From Balanoglossus misakiensis (taxonomy: Eukaryota; Animalia; Hemichordata), in the NCBI GenBank assembly GCA_040954595.2, contig CM082583.2:3295060-3359059 (forward strand): DNA of 64,000 nucleotides, read 5' to 3'. Made by a program: the position numbers and the translations under genes. Positions 54,717 through 64,000 of this stretch are shown piece by piece. The first letter of the stretch is position 1. Each line of letters begins with the position of its first letter. The notes under the pieces were generated by a model. The model did not search any database. It worked only from the letters and a program-made list of their open reading frames with translations, and was not told where the DNA came from.

Positions 54717-57700
54717 TTAAATTCTTTTCAATTGTTTCGCTATCTGGCGCTGTTTTTGTTTAAGGGAATACTTGTGTCTTGATTGTGGATCTGAATACTT
54801 CCATGATTTATCCCTATTCTCATCTTGCAAATGAATGAGAGGTTTCAAAGACCTTTCTTTGTTCTCACTTTTCTGTTCACATTGGGCGATTTCCACCCTG
54901 AAGGCTTCTGCAGTACGTGAAATACTGGATACCCCCGAATCAGAACTTGCGTACTTCGGGACTGCACTCTTCTGGTTCAGAGTTGTCCCACGAGATTTCA
55001 AAATACAACCATTATAGTAAATACCATCCATAACCTGCTCGCCGTATGGCATCTTATGACGATTATTACAGTTGGCCAACCATGTTTTCACAAATCGGTG
55101 TTTATCAAGTCGATCACTAGCCACCTGGGGAAGTAATTCTCTTTGCTGTATCTCCGGGGCAGAGCGATTGCCTTCCATAACCGTGACTGTCTCCCGCTGT
55201 TTCTCTTCATAGATTGTTTCTTTGATCAGTTTGTCAATCATCCAGTGTGCATGTCGTTTACCAATACCGAGCAGAGCGCTGCTTAACTCCTGCAAGATCA
55301 TCTTCTTAGAAGTTTCTTTCCTCAGACAAAAGAAGATGTCCAGTGTATTTGCGGTTGAAGGAGTTGAATAATGGCAGTCATTTCCTTGGTCGTCTCCGTG
55401 CAACTTGGTGAAGTCATTCAAATGTTGAGGCAGGCCAAGTTTCTCAGCCAGTGTATGGGTTTCGGGACCACACACTTCTTCACAGAGTCTGTGATATACA
55501 TCAACAGGTATTGGCAGCTTCCATCGCATCCCACCCCTGAGTGTTATCTTCCTGCCTGGCAGCTCAGGAATGCTGAGATTCTCCGGTGATGAGTTTCGGT
55601 GGGGCAAGGTTGCCATGCTGAGAGCCTACACGCATTCAATGGAGGCAAGAGTGATATTGAAAAAGAGTAATTTATCCAGTCCATAATTTCCTAAGGGCTG
55701 TGACCAGCAGCCTCCATGTCAAAGTTCTTTGTGAGTGACTGTCGTTGTATTCGGTAAACTTTTGATGATTTCTGAGTATTGTTAGTTCAATTGTGACAAT
55801 ATGGTTTGCCAAGAATATAAAACATCATCTTTCAACTTTTCGGTGTCGACTACATAAACCACTTACCACTTGGCGATAACGGTCTAGGTGTCTTTCCACA
55901 ACCAAAGTGACTTTATCAACATCGTCACCCTGTTGATAAACATTAATATCTGTCCTGATGAGGTTCGCCACTTCTTGCCTCTCGTGTTCATACCGAAAGC
56001 AGAACCAATCATCATCACTGGCCACCTTGTTTTGCTCCAAAATGTTGTCACGTGGAATCTCCTGGAAAAATCCATTGCCACGCATTAGAGTTAACGTTAT
56101 CTTTACAATATATTACAAAGGATTTGTATGATACGTTAAAGGTATACGGTCACCTATGAAAATTTAGCTACAGTTTAAGAGTAAATTGAGATCTGGCCAA
56201 TCCCAGAATTTCAGTGGGTGGCATACGCGAAAAAAAAAGAGTGCTAATATGTTCTATGTAAATTTGAGGTGACCATGTAAATGTGTCACCAGAAGCCTGG
56301 CTACATCTGCAAAAGTATTAATTTTTTAAACATTGCGAAACGTCCCTTCACAGGGACGTCTAATAACATACCAATAACGTCCTCAACGGTTTCCAGAAAG
56401 TTGGCTGTACTGTAGCCAGTTGCGCTATCAGATTTCCTCCCGATTTGGCATCCATTGACATCGACCTTGTTGCACAACATTTCTGTCTGCCCGCTCTCAG
56501 TTCCATTTCATCCACAATCTGAAGGAATGACAATTTCAAGCTGTTATTCTTACGTGAGGAAAAGCGCGTAAAATCTTTCAATGAACAGTACACGTGTGAG
56601 GTATTTATCACAAAATGCTCAAATGTCACGAAAATATTGGTTTATGCGGCTGTGTGCACTATTCTGAAAATGCAATTCTTCCAAATCATGTATACCGTAC
56701 TCACACTATGATCAGCTTCGGTATCGTTCCACACTCGAAGGTAACACTTAAAATATGATTGACCGCAATCATCTGGAGACGCATACAACCCTACTCTAAT
56801 CTTCTTCTTGGAGGTAATCCTTGGAGTGAAATCGCCTCCGGACGACTTTGGTGCTGTCTTAACCTTGTCAGTCAGCAACAATTTGTGATCATTGGGTGGT
56901 GATCTGTTCCGATTACCAAGACTAAAAGTCCCCGGAGTAGCATAAACGGCTTTGTCGCTGAATCCTTGAATGAGTATCAAGAATGAATCGTCGGTGATGA
57001 TGCTGCCACAATTGTCCTCTTCACTCAATCTCTTCCAAAGCTGTGGGCTTCCAATGTGAGTGTCACTCGTCACAGCACAGAAATCTTGCCACCTGTTGAC
57101 ATCTGTAATACAGTGTGGGATGGTGAGAATTACTTGTTTAGCAAACCTTGTTCCAGGTGGTCCCAGGTGTACAACTGGTGTTACCTGTAGCTGGTTGTCA
57201 GACAATCCACCGCGGGTAGTTTGGCTCATATTCAGGTATATATATACCTCCAGCAGTTCACGCTCATCTTTGTGAATTGCGTCAGGCGGTATGAAGAGAT
57301 CAACATCTGTACCCTCCATCTTTAGATGCCCTCCTTCACAATCAAACAGGCCGGCAGCAAATACTCTATTAGTGAAATTGGTGGATAACAATTTGTCTTT
57401 CGATAAACCTTCAGTGACCTGATGGAATTCTTGTATACACGCATTTAGGTATTTCTCTCCAAGATTATCAAACTCAAGAAGCGCCTGGTTTCTTGATAGT
57501 GGTTTCTTGGCATCCTGGTGTTGACCAGAGGTTCCCGGGTACATCGCTTCATTAGAGCAGGCATCAGTTTTGGTGGCTTCTTCCCAAGGGTCCGAATCAT
57601 TTACATCTTGTTGAGAGATTGCGCACGGATCTTCGTCATCGAGAGACGAGAACGCTTTCCTCCAGACTGAGGAACCAGGATCGGAGAATGATGAGCTCGC

Positions 57701-60680
57701 TACTTCTGAAAATACTTGTGGCATGCTGCCGTGGCTAGTGTCAAAGCAATCACTATACAAGTCATTGCTTCTCCGCTCAATCTCGGTCTCTTCAGCGAAA
57801 TGACCAGAGCTACAGCCACTCTGAAAAAATAATGAAATAATAGAAGAATCGTTTGTTACTTGTAATACCTGGAACGTGTATAATACCTGAATGGGAAGAT
57901 TGTTTGACTATACGCCTTCCATATGTTACAATGACTGTCACTGTATTAGTTCATCAACTGCTGATATTTGTAGCTTTGAATCTGACTGAGTCCAAGGAAT
58001 TCATCTATTCACGGGGTAGCTCTACGTGTTCGTAATAATGTTTACATTCTTCAAGTGATAAATGCCCAATTTCTTGTTTCGGGCTCAGTACTTTGTGTGC
58101 TCACATTAAAAGCCGGATTGTCATCGTTAGAATCATCTTGAAGACGCTGAAGTAACGGCGCCCTCTCTTGATCAAGCTGCTCAGTCATTTCAGAACCCCT
58201 GTGGTTACTTCGGTCTTGAATAGTTCGACGCGTCTGGGTTGCACCTGATATCGGTACTTGGCTACTCGTTCGTTCATCCTCTAGATCCAAACATTGTTCT
58301 TTACCCGTATCATCATGGGTATCAGTGGCTGTGATGTTGTCAAGACTTTCACCAGCTTTGCGCCCACATTCTTCATCTCGTTTGTGTCTGCTTTTACATT
58401 TCTGCGAAAGAAAGTTAAAAGATAAAAGTGAACTCGAAAGCAAAACATGTATGTATCGCTCGTTCAAATATACCATGCATTTAGTCCGTGTAAAATACAA
58501 GCTGTCTAGATTGCTGGCGTCTTTACCTTTGCTTGCATCTCAGTCTGCTTTTCGCGTTCTTCTGCTGCCACACATCACATTTTTCCGCGAACAGAGACCA
58601 AGCAAAGGAAGTTCAGACGTTGCCGACTATCTCTACAACCTTACTGATTCTAATCAGATTGTGTAAAACAGTGTTGGCTAGAACTGTCTGATGACGGGGA
58701 TATACTGAAGGGAATAAATCATAATGCTGAGATGAACGGGCTCTAAAAATGGGCCACGCATTATTTTTTTCAGTCCTTACGAACAAACTAAGTTGGGAAA
58801 GGAGAAGAGTGAAAAAGGAGGTTTTATAATTATGATAGGGGATTGAGACGTTTCAAAGCAAGAGAATGGTTGAATAGACTATAAATTATAATGGAAGACT
58901 TCGGGTTTGAGAGGAAACACATTCTGTTGTCACAAGAGAACACTGGGTAAAATTTTGATTGAGACTTTGAATTGTTTGCCCCCTGAACAGACCTGGCTGC
59001 TTTAATGCACGTGTCCGGCGTCCGCGCGATATACCGGATATCCATGTACGTGTAAATGATATTTTTTACGACTACATCAGTAACTTTTACTCACCTTGGC
59101 GCAGATGTAACGGCGTATAACTAGGCTCAATAACAGTGATGTGATAAAGACCAGCGATGCGATGGAGATAAAACACACTTTGTGCAGTGACCAGAAACTT
59201 TGCCCATCTTGATCATTTTTGGTGCCACAAGCTTCAGAATCGTTTATAAGTTTCAACCATGTATGGTCAATATCTTGACTCCTGTGATCACGAAAAGACA
59301 AAATTGTTGACAAGTTCGTGTTAATTACAATTAATGTTCCACAATGTCTTCAGTCTGAAAAGATGCATTTAAGTACACTGTGTTCAATATTAATACACAA
59401 TGTACATGCCGATTTATAGGGTTTATAATCAATTAGCGATTTAAAATTGTAGTATCAAGTTGACCAACACACACACAATTCGCACACATCTTTTTGCGAT
59501 TCAAATATCAACTGGAAATATCGCATTGTTTACTCAGAGAAGGTAGAAATTTGGCTTGTGTAGGGCCTAAATTGCGTTTTAAATTTCTGTAAAGGTGACG
59601 ACTCGGGTGCTAGCTGTTTTCTCCAACATCAAGTTTTTATAGAAATACATGTATAAACATTGCAGGTATGTAGTCTATGACCGAAAATTCTTTGTTTGGA
59701 AGAGACAGTTTTCTACCATGGAAATACACGCAAAAGTATTTTAACAATGTGTTTTTTAAAAGGAAATTAAAGTGCACTACCACTCCTTGAAAATAAAGAT
59801 CTCATAATATCTCATAATTTTCTTGTAGTGTTTTTTCGGGCCTCAAATATGAACTATTGCAAATGAAGTGACATCTATACTCAATATAAATTGGACTTTC
59901 CCCCAGAATGGCGTACCCAACCATGACGTCACTACCAATTTCCAACTTACCTGATGCAAGCTTTGACGTCACCCAGATCAAGGGTGGCTGTGCCGTTTGG
60001 GCAAGTGTCAACACACGTACTGTCGTGTATGTACTTATCACAACACAACACTCCAATCAAGCAACAGTTAGACGTCGATGTTTGTGAGATTTCTGCGATG
60101 ACCTGAGAATTGCGAAGATACAAACAGACCACAGAAAATGAACGTTGCTCAATGGTTTGAGTGGCGTTGGCGAAAATTTTAACTATATCTGGTCACACTT
60201 GACTTTAGTTTAGCCGCAGACGAGTGTGAGACAAAAAACCTTCAAAACTCAGAGTCATTGCAGAAAAAAGAACGGTTTCTTTATTCAAACGCTTTTTGGT
60301 AGGTGTCATGAGTTAGTGGTTAAGTACAATGTATCCCATGTCTGTTGGGGAATAGATTTGGAACGCGTTAATACTAGTATTTACATGTACATGTATGTAG
60401 GTAGCATTGTGCATGTGGCGAGTGTCAAGTTATGGGAGCAGTGTCGCGGCCGTCCACTGCCTACAAACTCGAAGCCTTGTGGTGCAGATTTAGGCCTACT
60501 GTCACGAGACGCACGGGATAGGCCTAAATTTTAAAGTTATAGTCGACCTCAATTCCGTGCATGCTTAGCCCACAAAGGGTTTATCATGTTTATCACTGTG
60601 CAGTACAACAAATCAATCTTGTGTGGACTTACCTCTGCTGCCACGATTATTACAAGAATCGAGAAATGTTTAGTAACCAT
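54717..60680 (-). CDS. Single-pass membrane receptor-like protein (~1016 aa): signal peptide, short Cys-rich ectodomain, TM, ZU5, UPA-like and death domain (UNC5/UNC5CL-like cytoplasmic module)
   Basis: Exons 60680-60633, 60102-59951, 59281-59095, 58401-58105, 57820-56705, 56518-56372, 56061-55867 and 55625-54717 are all in phase. ZU5: GLFDCEGGHL..DVDLFIPPDAI..TPVVHLGPPGTRFAKQVILTIPHC. Death-domain-like: YHRLCEEV..LAEKLGL..LQELSSALLGIGK. TM: VCFISIASLVFITSLLLSLVI. Confidence 0.82.
56140..56275. mobile_element. Kolobok-like MITE, family copy 4 (internally deleted)
   Basis: TTAA|AGGTATACGGTCACCT...CAGTGGGTGGCATACGCG...AGGTGACC. Confidence 0.75.
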
Positions 60681-61013
60681 TTCGATCGGCCAGTCTATAA
60701 ATTGACGCTGCATTATATACCAGTAGTATGTTGAAGCTGTTGAAGTTTCTTTTGTTTTGAAAAAAAAGTGCGCGTTTGTAAACACATTTTAGGGGATTGC
60801 CCTTTTAAATTTAACTCTACTGTAAGTATGACGTGAAGGGAAATTACCGCGGCGCATGAACGCCTGTTCAGTTTTCAAACTATGGACATGTCCTTTTCAA
60901 TCAGGCAAAATAAAAAAAAATCAATCAAAAAATATATTTGACATTAGCCCTGCGATATGTACACCTGAAATAGGTATCCAGTCATACACATATTTCATTA
61001 TGCATTATTAAAG

Positions 61014-61161
61014 TTACATACGCCCATATATGGCTGAATGGCGCATTTGAGCGTTCTAAAGAACATTATAGTGGAGCTATTTTTTTCGCGTGTGCCATCC
61101 CCTGAAAATCTCTGATTGGCTAGATCTAAATAGCTAATTTTCCATAAATGACCGTATACCT
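61014..61161. mobile_element. Kolobok-like MITE, family copy 5 (left-truncated), inside a divergent promoter
   Basis: TTACATACGCCCATATATGGCTGAA...GATTGGCTAGATCT...TGACCGTATACCT. Confidence 0.75.
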
Positions 61162-61294
61162 TAAAATGAGCCAGGACAGGCTAGCGACTAGACTGTGGCC
61201 TAGTGTAGGTTGTCGATTTCATAAGTTGTGGCGCCCCCAATCGCTGGCCTCAAAGGTACTACGTACTGCGACTGCGCAGGAAAAAGCGTGGAAA

Positions 61295-62433
61295 ATGGCG
61301 GATGTTTTAGATTTACACGAAGGGGACGAAGAATTTCAGGTTGACGAGGAGTCAGACCGTAAGTTTTCAATTTAAGATAGTATTTATGTATATATATCAC
61401 TTAGTTACTTTGTATATAACATTCTGTTTGAACGAAATCAATTTGATTGATCTGTGGTAACTGTTGAAATTTTGCTTGTACGCGTGTGCTGCTGTTGACG
61501 ATTGTACGACGTCAGCTTTCTGGGAATCGTGTTTATAAGCATTATATTACAATGTAAGTGTTTGTATCTTTTTCAATCCACAGAGGGTATACAGAAGTTG
61601 AAAGAGAAAGCTCGGAGGAAGAAGGGTCGAGGGTTTGGAGGAGGAGGCGGTGAGTACTCACTACTATTTAATTCCTTGGCAAGAGGATGGAGTTCCATAG
61701 CCTGGTCTCCATACCCAATGTGTTTCAGATAGACTCTCACACCTGTGTAAGAGTCTAAAATCTAAAACACACTGGGTATCAGGGTATGGAGACCAGACTG
61801 GGAGTTCCATGGCGAGAGCCAGCTATCCGTTTTTCACTATCATAGAGTCATTGACCCTGTTTTATTTAGCAGAATTCTGATGTGTGTTTTTTTTACATAG
61901 ACACTGGAATTAAAACTGCCAATGATGACTTCGAAGCTATGGAAGTGGACAGCAGTGAGCAAGGCCCACAGAGATGTGAGTATTGACTATGTTCATCACC
62001 ATCATGAAGCCTATTCTTGACATTTGAAAGTGTGCTAATTCATAATAAATTGTCAACATTGTCTGTCAGTGTATACTAGTTTACAACCCAGTCTTTATAA
62101 AATCAGCAAGTTTCTTAAAACTTGGTGAACATTGTAAGTGTAATAAGTGTCAGTATGAGTGAGACCAACCAAATCGCCATGGACCCTGTAACATACAGTG
62201 CCACGTATGAGTTATACATGTAGGTCTATAAAGTTACCTACTCTTTGTTATGTCAGAGTGTAGTCTCTGTTTAACACAGTTATTTGAATCTTGTAGCTGT
62301 GGAGGGTTGGATACTGTTTGTAACCGGTGTGCAAGAAGAAGCCACAGAAGAAGACATTGTGGACAAATTTGGTGACTATGGTGAAATTAAAAATATCCAC
62401 ATAAATTTAGACAGAAGAACTGGTTTCCTCAAG
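61295..62433 (+). CDS. RBM8A: RNA-binding protein 8A (Y14, exon junction complex), first four exons; continues beyond the window
   Basis: Exons 61295-61358, 61584-61649, 61901-61975 and 62297-62433 are in phase. MADVLDLHE...[15 protein letters not shown]...[48 protein letters not shown]. Confidence 0.97.
61698..61800. mobile_element. 103-bp hairpin Academ-like MITE, 9-bp TSD GGAGTTCCA
   Basis: TAGCCTGGTCTCCATACCC...GGGTATGGAGACCAGACTG with TSD at 61689-61697 and 61801-61809. Confidence 0.85.
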
Positions 62434-62483
62434 GTATGTAACATACAGTTTAGTGTACAAGCAGGATTCCAATGTGTATTTAA

Positions 62484-63615
62484 AGTGGAACGTTGTGATC
62501 CGTTTTTGAGCCAATTCTGCGAAATGCGATTAAAAAGTGCTATGAAAAACGTTGGTTTCATTCACTTTCACTTACGCATAACAGAGCTACAGCCAGCCAA
62601 AAACTGCGCGAACCCGGAAGTGAGTGACGTCAGCAACTCGTTGGAGCGAGCTTATGCTTATACACGCCTGCACTCACGCGACCGACGACGTTAGCATGGC
62701 AACATATTCTCGGGTAGTAGGCTACAATTTTGAACCAGAGATTCCCTTCTACGACCAAGCGACTGAATTTTACAGAGGACAAAAGTTCATGCAGTTCTGA
62801 TCTCCGATGTGTCCCGTTTGTCAAGGCTTACACTTGGTGTGGTTTCAGTAAAACCATAGACCCTAGAGTCTATGGTGAAACAGACAATGCTGCAATTAAA
62901 CAATACCCTCCCTCGTTGTCTCTCCCTCGTTGTCACCTTTTCGAACCACTTTTCTTACAAAAATACTTAGTCACCTTTTATGGAGTTGAAAAGAACGCAG
63001 GTGCATCGTCCTGCTCTCCAGGTGTAGTACGTCCGTAGTATAATGGAAGCCAATACTATAGTTATTGTATGCATGTTTCGTCTCTTGAAATGTATTAAAA
63101 CTGCCCTTTTTAGTTGCTTTCATTTGATAACTATGCGATCGTCAATAAATGGAAATTAAACCCAAATACGTGTACCAAAAAACGTGCAGGAAGGATTTAA
63201 AACGGTACGTTTATTATTATCAGCGGCAGTTAGAACAACTTTGTATAGGCCTTACGGTTTGTTCATAAACGTCGACATGCATGGCATCATGGACATTGCA
63301 GGGTCTATGTCTGCACGCATCGACAAATACAATACACGAAGAGCATTGCGTTTGAAAGAAACTTATCCCCGTCGATTTTCCGAATATGTTTTTAAAATCA
63401 TGAACTTGACATTTCGCCATGTCAGATCCGCGCAAAATGTGTCTGTTTATTGGAAATGACACGTCGAACGTGTAAGTTGCTGACGTCACTGTAGTATTTT
63501 CAACGCGCGTCTTCTGCTTGCGCAGGAAGTGAAAGTGAATTAACCCATCGGAACGTTGCCGTTTTTGACACCCGGTTTGTACTTTGAAGCCCAAAATTGA
63601 GGGTGTCGTTCCACT
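62484..63615. mobile_element. Kolobok-like non-autonomous element (TTAA TSD) in RBM8A intron 4
   Basis: TTAA|AGTGGAACG...CGTTCCACT|TTAA with the subterminal inverted pair TTCACTTTCACTT / AAGTGAAAGTGAA. Confidence 0.75.
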
Positions 63616-64000
63616 TTAATTGTAATACATACTGTACATGTATCTTAAGTATACGAAATAAGAAATTCACTTTTTGAAATACACATTTCTCTGCTAATGA
63701 TCGAGCTCAGTATCCCTAAAACTATATATTTTCTGAAAGCTAAAATACAGAACATTTGGTTATTTTAGTGAGACCATTGTTTACACAACTATCACGGACA
63801 AACAATTTAAATTACAGTACCTTCATAAAACAGGTTTCGATGTTTTGTGTAAACGCTTGGAAATATCTGGCTCAAATTGGTGTGAATGCAAGCTGTCGTT
63901 ATTATCATACGAGGTGTCTCACAGATATTTTAAAAACCAAGTCCAACTAGCTTAATTTTTATGACGCGAAAACTTCCGGAGCAGTGAATAAACCATAGTC

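Noticed and set aside
1-64000. CRISPR arrays, tRNA/rRNA genes and prokaryotic operons
   Set aside because: The DNA is spliceosomal-intron eukaryotic sequence. No repeat-spacer arrays or structural RNA genes were recognised by eye; a covariance-model scan would be needed to exclude small RNAs.

Overview
AT-rich, intron-containing animal DNA, probably from a marine invertebrate deuterostome such as a hemichordate (inferred from gene and repeat style only). Hand-splicing on GT-AG sites with phase checks gives six host genes: PSMD5 (5' part, minus), CIB2/3-like (plus), ADIPOR (minus), an RGS7BP/RGS9BP-family anchor (plus), a single-pass receptor with a small Cys-rich ectodomain and ZU5-UPA-death domains (minus), and RBM8A/Y14 (5' part, plus). 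The 10 kb between PSMD5 and CIB is a stack of transposons: a P-like foldback MITE, nested TAG-terminated elements with 9-bp TSDs, a decayed ISL2EU element (THAP-DDE transposase plus convergent YqaJ exonuclease-PHD gene) and a Harbinger MITE. Most notable: five TAG-ended palindromic elements with 8-9-bp TSDs (Academ/AcademH-like), one offering an in-frame alternative first exon for ADIPOR; a degenerate Penelope-type hammerhead ribozyme in inverted duplicate; the ZU5-death-domain receptor; and an R7BP/R9AP hybrid C-terminus. No database searches were run, so family assignments rest on recognised motifs.
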